The position numbers were made by a program, and so were the translations under genes. Of a stretch of DNA of 64,000 nucleotides, positions 28,689 through 37,531 are shown one piece after another (position 1 is the stretch's first letter; each line of letters opens with the position of its first letter). Source of the stretch: a virus (lineage: Duplodnaviria > Caudoviricetes); the IMG/VR virus record IMGVR_UViG_2865833183_000001, positions 1 to 64,000 of that record; one strand, written 5' to 3'. Under the pieces are notes generated by a model. The model ran no database searches and was not told where the DNA came from. It worked only from the letters and a program-made list of their open reading frames with translations.

Positions 28689-28821
28689 GAATCTTCCTCT
28701 CGGTGACGGCCCGCCCATCCTAGGAGGGGCCAGACGGGGATCATGACGAGATCCGGGACGTGTCACACGACAGCCGGACGGTGGATCGAACCGTCCGGCC
28801 GTCAACGCACTTCAGAAAGCG

Positions 28822-29208
28822 TCAGGCAGCCCGCTCAAGCACCGGACGTGCCAAATCCCGGTGCCACAGCTCGACCTCGAGGCCGCGGCGACGCAGCCGG
28901 CGGGCAAGGCAATGCGCCACTGTGGCGCTGCGGTGACGTCCCCCGACACAGCCCACCGCGACCGCGATCCGGTCACCAGACGGGCCCGCGGCGAACGCCT
29001 GAACCTGCCGGACAGTTGCCCGCAGCAGCGGACGGATCCCAGCCGTGCCCAGCACCGACCGCCGCACCGCACCATCCTCAGCAGTCATGTACCGCAGCGC
29101 CGGATTCACGTGCGGATCCCGAAAATGCTGCCGCAGGTCGAGAATCACGTGCGCCTCCGGAGGCGCAGCATGACCGTAGTCGAATGAGACGATCTCGACC
29201 GTCGTCAT
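28822..29208 (-). CDS. Stand-alone RapZ C-terminal-domain protein
   Basis: IVSFDYGH..DLR.HFRDPH..AVGCVGGRHRS..HRDL. Confidence 0.85.
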   Translation of the reverse strand: MTTVEIVSFDYGHAAPPEAHVILDLRQHFRDPHVNPALRYMTAEDGAVRRSVLGTAGIRPLLRATVRQVQAFAAGPSGDRIAVAVGCVGGRHRSATVAHCLARRLRRRGLEVELWHRDLARPVLERAA

Positions 29209-29624
29209 GCCCGCGCACCGCCCAGCTTGCCGACCTCGCACCGGATCCGCTCCGCATGCGCCACCAACTGATCCGCGAACGCCAGAGCAGCCGGCTCGGC
29301 GTACTGGTTGCACTCACCCGAGCCGTCCGCGTCCACCGACAGGTACGGCTCACTCTCCCGGGCGAACGGCCACTGCACCACCTGCGCCGCCAGCACCTTC
29401 TCCACGCTGCCGTCGAACTGGCGCACCGGAAGCGTCACCGCCTCTCCGGCATGCGACAGGTCCTCCAGGAACGCCAGATCCTGCGCCGAGTGGTCCACCA
29501 CACACCACGACGGGCACGGAACGGCGATCCGCTGACCACGCACCACCGCCGCGACCAGACGCGGGGACGCGGGGGGAGTGGGCGCCGAGGTCTGCTGGGG
29601 GGTGGCAGGGGTTGATACGCTCAC
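29205..29624 (-). CDS. DUF6907-like protein
   Basis: CPSWCVVDH..DLSH motif; coupled to RapZ-CTD gene. Confidence 0.7.
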   Translation of the reverse strand: MSVSTPATPQQTSAPTPPASPRLVAAVVRGQRIAVPCPSWCVVDHSAQDLAFLEDLSHAGEAVTLPVRQFDGSVEKVLAAQVVQWPFARESEPYLSVDADGSGECNQYAEPAALAFADQLVAHAERIRCEVGKLGGARA

Positions 29625-30365
29625 GTTGAGCCTTCTCTCTGCTAGGAGCGGGTTTCTTGACCAGCGGGCTCCACCCCGCTGGTCCACTTCGACGGCCGGG
29701 GCCTCCACGCCCCGGCCGTTGTGCTGACAGCCACGCCACCAGGGACTCCACTCCCCGGGCGGCGGACTTGTGCGCCGAACTCGGCGACGATCAGGACGCT
29801 AGCCGAAGTGCGACGAGCGTCAACGTCTTGTCGCACGCATCCGGCTGACCTGCAGTCAATTGACCAACCAGTACAGTTCTGGCTCTAGGGTTTGGGGAGT
29901 ACCCGTGGCTCTGCTGAACCACCCGACTGGTGGGCGAGCTGCTCACGTGGAATGCCCCCTGCAATTAATTGGTCAATCGACAGACACGACGCGAACCACC
30001 GACATAATGTCGCAATCCACTCACATGCCCTCCCTTGGTGCGCGATCCGAGTTTGGCGAGATCTGAACGGTGATGCAGTTGCGCGGCTCGGACCGCCGAC
30101 CGGATGTCGGCGACAGCCGGCCGTTGTGCTACTGGACGCAGCCCGGTTGACGCTAGGCGATGTTCCGGCCAAGGACTTCCAGCCCAGTGCAGATCCGGAA
30201 GCTGATTGATCACCCGCTGACCTGTGCAGAGTCCGAGTTGCCTGACTCGGTAGGATCTGGCGCGCTCCCTTCGCACGCGCGGCAGTCGCGACCGCGGGTG
30301 CGAATCGGCTGGAATTCGGCAGCCGAGTGGCCGCCACTGCCAAGCCGAGGAAGACGCGGTGGAGG

Positions 30366-31007
30366 TCAGCAGACTGACATGAGCGGGTCGTGGAGCCACA
30401 TGGTGCGGACAGCTGGACGCGGCGTGCGAGGCCGAACCGTGCTCCCCTCCTGTGGTGGGGGAACAATGAGCGAATTCCTGCGGGAGTGGGGATGGGCCAC
30501 GAAAAGCCCGTGCCCGGCCCGGAAGGTCAGCAGCCCCTCGTGCCGGAGCTGACCTACCGCCTTGGCGGCGATCGACTTGCTGGTTCCGGACGCCTTGGCG
30601 AGCGTGTTGAGGAACGGGATGAGCTGGCCAGGCAGCCACCGCTTGGTCTCGATCTCGTCGCGTATGAGGGCGGCTAGGCGGTTGCTCTTGTTGTCCTGCT
30701 CGGCCAGTGATGGCCAGCGGGAGGGGGCGAAGGCAACCCGGTCCTGGTTGTGTGCCTTGTTGAACCTGGGTCTCTCGACCTGGATGGCCTGCTTCTCCGC
30801 CTCTGCCGCCTCGGGCCGGCTGTCGAACCACTCCAGGGTGCGACTTTTGACCATCGGAACCCACTTCTGGTGGGTGTCGCGGTGGGCCTTCAAGCGCCCG
30901 TCGGGGTCTCGGCTGATGCCGATGTACAGCAGGCCGCCGTCGGTGTCGAAGTAACGGTAGAGCGCGGTGCGCTCGGGGGGCGATGTCGAACTTTGGGCAG
31001 GGCTCAT
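30366..31007 (-). CDS. GIY-YIG nuclease-GntR HTH fusion
   Basis: TALYRYFD..LLYIGIS.DP..R..H..AE..AI..E.P.FN; IRDEI..WLPGQLIP..GHGLFV. Confidence 0.8.
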   Translation of the reverse strand: MSPAQSSTSPPERTALYRYFDTDGGLLYIGISRDPDGRLKAHRDTHQKWVPMVKSRTLEWFDSRPEAAEAEKQAIQVERPRFNKAHNQDRVAFAPSRWPSLAEQDNKSNRLAALIRDEIETKRWLPGQLIPFLNTLAKASGTSKSIAAKAVGQLRHEGLLTFRAGHGLFVAHPHSRRNSLIVPPPQEGSTVRPRTPRPAVRTMWLHDPLMSVC

Positions 31008-31103
31008 GGCGTCCCTTCGCTGTACCAGGTGGCCTGCGCCACGGTCACGAGACGACCGTAAGGCGTAATCGCATTTGTAGCAAGGCTTCGCTGCCGGTAC
31101 AAC

Positions 31104-31130
31104 AAAGCCCCCGCCAACTATGGCGGGGGC
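31104..31130 (-). terminator. Terminator after GntR gene
   Basis: GCCCCCGCCA / TGGCGGGGGC with TTT on minus strand. Confidence 0.6.
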
Positions 31131-31144
31131 GCTGGGGAGTTAGG

Positions 31145-31906
31145 TCAGGAAACCGGCAGGTGGTAGCCCATCTTATACAGGTGGCCCGGCTTCACCATGA
31201 CGGTTACCTCGATCGGGCGTTCGTCGTCGCTGTAGACGATGCGGAACACCTCGATCACGGGAACATCGCCCGGGATCTCCAGGAGCTCGTATTCCTCCGT
31301 CGTCGCGACGCGGGCCGCTACCTCCTCGATCTGGCCGCGCGTTGGGTACCCCATGCTGGCAAGCAAGGTCGGAGACCCACCAGGAATCTTCCTCCGGTCG
31401 GCAAGCCGCGTGCCGAGTGCTAGGTCGGCTGGATAGTACGAGTAGGTCAGTTCGGCCGGCTCATCGTCCAGGAGGCCGAGACGCACCCGCAGCACAGCCG
31501 TTCCGCCTTCCTCGATACCCAAGGCCTTCGCGACCCGCTTCGGTGTCCTTATTTCGGCGACTTGCAGGATCTTGTTGCTGCCGCGCTGGTTCCTTCGGTT
31601 GGCCTCCGTCACCCACCGGTACGGCTGCCCGTCCTCCGAAGGGGCCATGTAGGCGGCCGGGGTGATGGTCTGAGGTGCACGGTCGCGAACGTAGACGCCC
31701 TTCCCTGATCGGCCTTCCAGGAGCTTCTCGTTCTTGAGGATGGTCAGGGCGCGCTGCACGGTCACGTTCGACGTGTCGTGCTCCTCCATTAGCTCCGAGG
31801 TGGTGGGGAGCTTCTTGCCGGGCTCCCACTCGCCGGACATGATCAGGTACCTGATGTTGGCGGCGATTCTCTCGGCCACTGGCCGCTTGTCCTCGTGCTT
31901 GGCCAT
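31145..31906 (-). CDS. GntR/HutC regulator with UTRA (KorA/KorSA/TraR-like)
   Basis: SGEWEPGKKLPTTSEL..GKGVYVR plus UTRA; divergent from transfer operon. Confidence 0.9.
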   Translation of the reverse strand: MAKHEDKRPVAERIAANIRYLIMSGEWEPGKKLPTTSELMEEHDTSNVTVQRALTILKNEKLLEGRSGKGVYVRDRAPQTITPAAYMAPSEDGQPYRWVTEANRRNQRGSNKILQVAEIRTPKRVAKALGIEEGGTAVLRVRLGLLDDEPAELTYSYYPADLALGTRLADRRKIPGGSPTLLASMGYPTRGQIEEVAARVATTEEYELLEIPGDVPVIEVFRIVYSDDERPIEVTVMVKPGHLYKMGYHLPVS

Positions 31907-31907
31907 G

Positions 31908-32435
31908 TCAGTCGATCTCCATTTCGTATCGGAGGCGACGAGGGCCCTTCATGACCATCAGTGAAGCCTCAATGGGTTCGTTTTTGTGAGACAGGCTCAC
32001 TCGCAGAAGGGTGAGTACCGGGGCCCCGTCTGCGAGGGCGAGAGCCTCGGACTCCTCCGCGGTGGCAGTGCGCGCTTCGACGTCCTCGATCACCCGGTGT
32101 GTGTGGTGCCCGAGGTTGGCGAGCAAGGTAGGTGCGCCTCCTCGGATCTTGCCGGGTCTCGCTAGAGCTGTTCCAAGCGCTATGCGCTGTGGGTAGTACG
32201 AGTCCGTCAACTCGACCGGTTGGTCGTCTACGAGCATGACTCGGCGACGAACAACAGCCTGCTCGTCGGGGGGCAGCCCGAGAGCTGCGGCGACTTCCGG
32301 TGGCGGTTTCCTCGTAGCTACCTCCATCAGGTGCTGGCTTCCCCTGCTGCCTGCCTCTTGCGTCCATGCGTCGGTGTCGCCGGGGGCACGTGGCGACACG
32401 TATGGCGCTGAGGTGCTCGTCCACTTCTCACTCAT
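31908..32435 (-). CDS. UTRA-only protein (GntR effector domain, no HTH)
   Basis: VAAALGL..VELTDSYYP..KIRGG..LRYE; similar to C-half of 31145 gene. Confidence 0.85.
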   Translation of the reverse strand: MSEKWTSTSAPYVSPRAPGDTDAWTQEAGSRGSQHLMEVATRKPPPEVAAALGLPPDEQAVVRRRVMLVDDQPVELTDSYYPQRIALGTALARPGKIRGGAPTLLANLGHHTHRVIEDVEARTATAEESEALALADGAPVLTLLRVSLSHKNEPIEASLMVMKGPRRLRYEMEID

Positions 32436-32609
32436 CCGGCATCTCCTGGTCGCTGTAACGCTCTGACCTCCACCTTAAGTGCTTGATGCATATGCGTCGG
32501 CTCTCGGCAGTGGACTCAGGTGGACTTGCATGCCTCGTAGTGCTTGCCAGCTTGCCGAATAACCTTTTATGGTTGTGCACAGACGCGAAGCCTGCGATTG
32601 GAGCCGTTC

Positions 32610-32846
32610 ATGCTGCGTGTAAAGGAGGTCGCTGCCCGCCTGCGAGTCCACCCCGCGACCGTGTACCGCTGGATCAACGAGGGCCGCATCCCGGCCACCC
32701 GCTACGGGCAGCCGGTCGTACCCGGGGCCGCCAAGCGGGGCGGTGGTGCGATCCGAGTCCCTGAGGCCGCCCTCGTGGGCTTCTCCTCATCCTCTTCTGG
32801 TACGGCGGCCTTCACCGCCGTGCCCCCCGCCGCAGAGGCGGCCTGA
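32610..32846 (+). CDS. Excisionase-like HTH protein
   Basis: MLRVKEVAARLRVHPATVYRWINEGRIPA..IRVP. Confidence 0.85.
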   Translation: MLRVKEVAARLRVHPATVYRWINEGRIPATRYGQPVVPGAAKRGGGAIRVPEAALVGFSSSSSGTAAFTAVPPAAEAA

Positions 32847-32929
32847 CGCACAAAACCCCGGCCCGGCGCGCCAACGCCGTGTGGACCGGGGCTGACCACC
32901 CGAAGCCTGCTGAGCAACTGGAGATCACC

Positions 32930-33238
32930 GTGAATCGTAGTACGACTCTCGCCCCGCTCCCTACCGCGACCGTTCTCTTCGACGGCGACGCGGCGTCCGA
33001 TTCGCCGAGGGTCGCCCGGCTGCGTGCCCTGACCCTCGTCCCCGATCTGGACGCGGAGGACCGGGCCCGTGCCGACATCGTCACCACCTACGTGACGGCC
33101 CGTGCCCGGGGTGACGTCGACGCGATGGCGACCGCCTACCTGGAGGCGGCGGCGATGGACGAGGCCCGCCCGGGTGAGCCGTCGCTGATCGCCGAGCTGG
33201 ACGCGGCCGGCGTCGGTGACCTGGCGGAGGTGGCGTGA
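32930..33238 (+). CDS. Hypothetical protein
   Basis: RBS GGAG. Confidence 0.6.
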   Translation: MNRSTTLAPLPTATVLFDGDAASDSPRVARLRALTLVPDLDAEDRARADIVTTYVTARARGDVDAMATAYLEAAAMDEARPGEPSLIAELDAAGVGDLAEVA

Positions 33239-33405
33239 TGACCGTCGCCGAAATGGTGCGTGAGCTGCCCGCCGGGGACTCCCGGTCGCTGCCGACGCTG
33301 GACGGGATCGCCGAGAGCCTGCGCCGTCAGGGCGAGGATGTCGAGGTCGTGTACTCCCCGCGCGGCGACGTGTTCCGCATCGTGCCCCGAGAGCGGGTGG
33401 CGTGA
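33238..33405 (+). CDS. Hypothetical 55-aa protein (not in ORF track)
   Basis: TGATG overlaps both ends. Confidence 0.55.
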   Translation: MTVAEMVRELPAGDSRSLPTLDGIAESLRRQGEDVEVVYSPRGDVFRIVPRERVA

Positions 33406-33710
33406 TGGCTGCCGGGACGCTTGCCGATCAGCGGAAGGCGACCGAGGCGGCTGCGACGATCGCCCGCGTGTTCGGCCACCTGCCGCCCGCCACGTTCCAG
33501 GTGTCGAGCATCACGCCGGGCCAGCTCGACATCAGCCTCCACGACAGCCTCGCCGACTTCGAGGCCTGGCGTGTGGCGCTCGGGATGCTCCCCGAGTGGG
33601 TCGACAAGCGAACCCAGCCCAGTGCCATGAGCCTGACCGCGAGGGGCCGGTTTGCCGGTGTCGAGGTGGCGCTGATCGGCTACGCGCCGCTGTTGAAGGC
33701 GGTGGCGTGA
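33405..33710 (+). CDS. Hypothetical protein
   Basis: LHDSLADFEAWR motif; coupled. Confidence 0.65.
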   Translation: MAAGTLADQRKATEAAATIARVFGHLPPATFQVSSITPGQLDISLHDSLADFEAWRVALGMLPEWVDKRTQPSAMSLTARGRFAGVEVALIGYAPLLKAVA

Positions 33711-34171
33711 TGGCTGGCGGGCTGGCCTGGCGCCACGCCGGAACCGTTGCGACCAGTGACCCGCGGTTTGCCCGCGTTCTGGAGCTGGCCACGAAGCAGC
33801 CTCACCTGTGGGTCGGTCCGTCCGGTGAGCGGGTGACCGGGGCCGAGGTCGGCAGCCATCTGGGTGCGGCGTTCATGCTGATGGAGCGCGACGGTTGGAT
33901 CTCCGTCCGCCGGTCGAGTGGGCCTGTCGAGTTGGGGCACACCCTCTCCGGGGCTCTGTGGCTGGTGCGCACCGATGGGCCGGGGGATGCGGATTCGTGG
34001 GCGGTGTCCCGTCGCTGCCTGAATCTGATTCTGGAGGCTCGTTCGGAGTCGGGGAGCGCGGATTTCGAGGCGTGGTCGGAGAAGCGGGGTCGCCGGTTCG
34101 GCGAGGTGCGGGACCTGCTGCTGATCACGGGGGAGTTTGCTCGCCTGTACGGGCCGGAGGCTGTCCGGTGA
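33710..34171 (+). CDS. DUF6197-like protein
   Basis: AA..LMERDGW..LSGAL..W...GR...V. Confidence 0.6.
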   Translation: MAGGLAWRHAGTVATSDPRFARVLELATKQPHLWVGPSGERVTGAEVGSHLGAAFMLMERDGWISVRRSSGPVELGHTLSGALWLVRTDGPGDADSWAVSRRCLNLILEARSESGSADFEAWSEKRGRRFGEVRDLLLITGEFARLYGPEAVR

Positions 34172-34323
34172 CCGCTGTGGGCCGTGATCCGGAGCCGCGC
34201 ACGCCGGAGGAGGCGGAGGCCCGGAGGAAGCGGGTCGCGAAGCTCCACCAGCAGGCTGCCGCCGACTACCGGACCGGGTTCGGCCGGCCGAAGCCCGCGT
34301 CGAAGAAGGCGCTCGCCGCCTGA
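34168..34323 (+). CDS. Hypothetical protein
   Basis: GTGA overlap. Confidence 0.5.
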   Translation: MTAVGRDPEPRTPEEAEARRKRVAKLHQQAAADYRTGFGRPKPASKKALAA

Positions 34324-34488
34324 CCCCCTGATCGTCGTGCCCGCGGGATTCCGACCCCCCGCGGCCCCGCGGGCACGGCTCCCCACCGACTGGCCCGGTT
34401 GTTCCCGGGACTCTCCAGCTTCGGCTGGCGGGTGCCGAGCACGACCAGACCGCCCAGAGCCCACTCGAACTACTGGAAGGACATCGGC

Positions 34489-34671
34489 ATGGAGCCCACT
34501 GACTGGACCATCGACCTCGTCAACGGTGAAGCCGTCAAGCGCAGCGACTTCGTCGGCGCTGATGTTCAGCTTCACGTCCTCGACTACGGCGTGATGGTGC
34601 GGACCCTCTACCCGACCCGCGAGACCACGTACCCCTGGCACACGATCGTCAAGCTCAGCACCAAGGGCTGA
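34489..34671 (+). CDS. Hypothetical protein
   Basis: RBS GAAGGA. Confidence 0.6.
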   Translation: MEPTDWTIDLVNGEAVKRSDFVGADVQLHVLDYGVMVRTLYPTRETTYPWHTIVKLSTKG

Positions 34672-34673
34672 CC

Positions 34674-34886
34674 GTGCTCCTCGTCTTCTGCTCCGTCGGC
34701 ATCGTCGCCTGCCTCGCCTGCATGTACCTCATCCAGCGGCTCCACCTGGCCCACCGCACGACCGTTTTCACCTGCCCGGTCAAGGACTGCGGCGTCTCGA
34801 TCGTGGCTCGCGGCAGCAGCGAGGCGGAGCTGGGCCGGCTCCGCGATCTGGCCGGCGACCACAGCAAGCACGGGCCTCGCGCCTGA
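34674..34886 (+). CDS. Small membrane-anchored protein
   Basis: N-terminal TM; CP..DC..H..H. Confidence 0.6.
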   Translation: MLLVFCSVGIVACLACMYLIQRLHLAHRTTVFTCPVKDCGVSIVARGSSEAELGRLRDLAGDHSKHGPRA

Positions 34887-34917
34887 CCGCCCTTACTCAA
34901 TCGACGAAAGGACTGAC

Positions 34918-35142
34918 ATGTCTCTCTGTTCCGCGGCAGCCGCCGACGATACCGCCCCGTGCAAGGGCTCCCGGACTGCCGTGATCGTGGGCCTGGCCGA
35001 CGACCCGGGGTCGCAGGTGACCGGCTGCGAGTTCCATGCGGCTCGCCGGCTGGCGTTCTGGCGGGACGGCTACGTGATGTCCCGCGACGCTGCGGTCCGG
35101 CGCCGGGTGCTGGACGCCGCCGAGCGGCTCCGCGCCGCCTGA
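34918..35142 (+). CDS. Hypothetical protein
   Basis: RBS AAAGGA; GCEFHAAR. Confidence 0.6.
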   Translation: MSLCSAAAADDTAPCKGSRTAVIVGLADDPGSQVTGCEFHAARRLAFWRDGYVMSRDAAVRRRVLDAAERLRAA

Positions 35143-35215
35143 CGGCTGCCCGATCCGCCCGTCTCGCACGGGTGGTGAGGGGAGCCGGGACAGGCCCGGA
35201 CAGGAAGGAGCACCA

Positions 35216-35428
35216 GTGTTCGGCAAGCGGAGAGCGGAGAGCGACCCCGAGAACAGCCTCGACAAGGCTCTGCGGACCCACAGCCAGGCGACCCGGGAGC
35301 AGAGGACCGCAGAGGTCAACGATCGGCGCCGGCGGCAGGGCCTCACACCAATGCACTGCGGGGCCGAGGCGTCCTTGAACAAGTACGGCGACTGGGAGTG
35401 CACCCGCTGCGGGGACGTCTTCGCCTGA
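35216..35428 (+). CDS. Small zinc-ribbon protein
   Basis: MHCG...WECTRCG; RBS AAGGAG. Confidence 0.6.
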   Translation: MFGKRRAESDPENSLDKALRTHSQATREQRTAEVNDRRRRQGLTPMHCGAEASLNKYGDWECTRCGDVFA

Positions 35429-35521
35429 CCGCCTGACCGCTGCCCGATCCGCCGGTCTCGTACCGGCGGTGAGGGGAGCCCGTCAGACAGACAGGCCGAC
35501 TCGAATCGAAAGGGAACCTAC

Positions 35522-35797
35522 ATGGACGTACTGTACAAGCACCTCATGCGCAGCCAGGTCGTCTTCAATGGGCAGGACATCCTGCGCTGCCCCAACTGCC
35601 GCCGAGACAAGGGCCTGACCATCTATGGCTACCTCGGCAAGAAGCCGCGTGTGACGTGCCCGTGTGGCCACGACTTCAAGGCGCCGGCACCGTTCGACCA
35701 GCCGTGGCTGCTGGAGCAGCTCAACAGCGCCGCTGCCCCCCGGCGCGAGACCCAGTGGTCTGTCGGGCCGTCCCCCCGCCCGAGTCAGTTCGACTGA
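35522..35797 (+). CDS. Small zinc-ribbon protein
   Basis: CPNC...CPCGH. Confidence 0.65.
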   Translation: MDVLYKHLMRSQVVFNGQDILRCPNCRRDKGLTIYGYLGKKPRVTCPCGHDFKAPAPFDQPWLLEQLNSAAAPRRETQWSVGPSPRPSQFD

Positions 35798-35895
35798 CCT
35801 GCGCCTGACGGCAGCCCATCCCGCCCGACCTTGCACTCCGGGCGGTGGTGGAGAGCCCGTCAGACACCCCACCACCCATCGACCTGGAGTACCTC

Positions 35896-36090
35896 ATGCC
35901 CCGGTTCAGTCCCAAGGCCCGGCATCATGCCGACCAGGCCGTGGCCGCGATCGACGCTGGCGACCACGACGGCGCCATCGCCCACATGCGGGAGATCGTC
36001 GAGAACGGCACCCACGACGACCGGCGAGCCTTTACCGACGTTGTGTTCGACGCCGCCCGCCTGCTGAAGAACGCGGACGGTGCGCCGTGA
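35896..36090 (+). CDS. Hypothetical protein
   Basis: RBS GGAG. Confidence 0.55.
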   Translation: MPRFSPKARHHADQAVAAIDAGDHDGAIAHMREIVENGTHDDRRAFTDVVFDAARLLKNADGAP

Positions 36091-36305
36091 TCGTGTTCCT
36101 CGCGGGGCTCGCCCGTCTCCGGATCGCCCTGATGATCGCCGGACTGAGCTGGCTGTTCGGCATCGTCCCGCCCGTGGGGATGCGGATCCTGCTCGGCGTC
36201 CTCGTGCTCGCCGCTCTCGTCCTCGACGGGCTGATCGACGAGGACAAGATCAGCCGCCACTACGTGCGCACCAAGACCCCCGACGAGTACAAGACCACCG
36301 CCTAA
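36087..36305 (+). CDS. Small two-TM protein (Spd-like)
   Basis: Hydrophobic; upstream of spd/traB. Confidence 0.55.
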   Translation: MIVFLAGLARLRIALMIAGLSWLFGIVPPVGMRILLGVLVLAALVLDGLIDEDKISRHYVRTKTPDEYKTTA

Positions 36306-36343
36306 CCACCCCCCCCGACACCCCCACAGAAAGGACCAGCCCG

Positions 36344-37516
36344 ATGAGCAGCTGGAGCGAGGAGCGCAGGCGCAATCTGGCTGCCGAAGCCGAGCAGCGC
36401 CGGAAGAACGAGGACGCCGCCGCCGAACGCCGCCGCAAGGACAAGGCGGCCGAGGACAAGCGCCGCCGCGAAGAGCGCCGGGCCAACCGCGAAGAGCAGC
36501 GCGCCGAGAAGGCGCAGCAGCGGCGCGACCGTGCCGCCCGACGACAAGCCCGCGCCGCCCGCCGGGAGAAGACCCTCACCCCCGGCAACGTGTACCGCAA
36601 GGGCACCCTCGCCCTCGTGCTCGCCTCCGCCGCGGCATCACTGCCCGCGCAGGTCATGCACTTCGTCGGGATCAGCATCATGCTGCTGCCGATCCCCTTC
36701 GCCCTCGAAGGCGCCGCCTGGGTGATGAACGCCGGTGTCGCCTACGCCGACGACCGGAAGCTGCCCGGCTGGGTGCGGTGGCTGATGCGCGGTCTTGCGA
36801 TGTCCGCCGCCGGATACGCCGCCAACATCAACCTGAAGTACGGTCTCAGTCTCGAAGGCCACGGACTCGACCCAGCGGACGCCGCCGCCGTCGGCTGGGG
36901 CCTCGCCGCGGTCACGATGCTTGGCCCACTGTTCTTCGAAGTCCGCCAGTGGGTCCTCACTCTCACCGCCGCCGTCACCGATCCGAAGAAGCGGGCCGAG
37001 GAGAAGGCGCGCGCCAAGCATGAGCGGCAGCGGTACAGCGACCACAAGGACGTCGTGAAGCTGGCCCGGAAGCTGGTGTCCGCCGCACCCTACGGCGCGC
37101 TCGCGTTCGAGGACGCGTTCGCCTCCGCCTGGGAGATCAAGTACGGCACGAAGACGCCCGGCATGACCCCGGCCCTGCACGGAGAGAAGCTCGCCTCCAG
37201 CAAGGCCCTCGTCGACGCCATGGATGCCGCGAACGGCTCCCCGGTGAGCACGCGAGGCAGGCTCCTGGAACTGCTCCACCCGGCCCCTGTGAGCCGCTTC
37301 CTGAAGCCTGGATCTTCGCAGGTGGCGTCCCAAATCCCCCCGGGTTCTGAGCGGCCCTCTGGCGGGCCGCAGAAGGCGCCGAAGAAGCGGTCTGGCCAGA
37401 AGCCTGTTCCCCCGGTTCGCCGCAAGGGTGACACCGCTCCTTACCACCCGGCCGCACGGGTTGCCGCGGCCGACACCGCCCGCAAGCACCTTGTCGTCAA
37501 CGGCTACCACCACTGA
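36344..37516 (+). CDS. SpdB-like membrane spread protein
   Basis: Charged N-terminal coiled coil plus about 4 TM helices, directly upstream of traB. Confidence 0.7.
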   Translation: MSSWSEERRRNLAAEAEQRRKNEDAAAERRRKDKAAEDKRRREERRANREEQRAEKAQQRRDRAARRQARAARREKTLTPGNVYRKGTLALVLASAAASLPAQVMHFVGISIMLLPIPFALEGAAWVMNAGVAYADDRKLPGWVRWLMRGLAMSAAGYAANINLKYGLSLEGHGLDPADAAAVGWGLAAVTMLGPLFFEVRQWVLTLTAAVTDPKKRAEEKARAKHERQRYSDHKDVVKLARKLVSAAPYGALAFEDAFASAWEIKYGTKTPGMTPALHGEKLASSKALVDAMDAANGSPVSTRGRLLELLHPAPVSRFLKPGSSQVASQIPPGSERPSGGPQKAPKKRSGQKPVPPVRRKGDTAPYHPAARVAAADTARKHLVVNGYHH

Positions 37517-37531
37517 TCGGGAGACGCCGCC

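Larger units (their letters stand above)
35138..35867. repeat. Three ~60-bp imperfect hairpin repeats between small genes
   Basis: 35138-35194, 35432-35490, 35804-35867. Confidence 0.8.

Noticed and set aside
29885-30466. ORFs across the 29.6-30.4 kb gap
   Set aside because: No RBS or GC3 bias; treated as non-coding
35138-35867. CRISPR array
   Set aside because: Repeats are long and diverged, intervening sequences are 240-310-bp ORFs, and no cas genes are present
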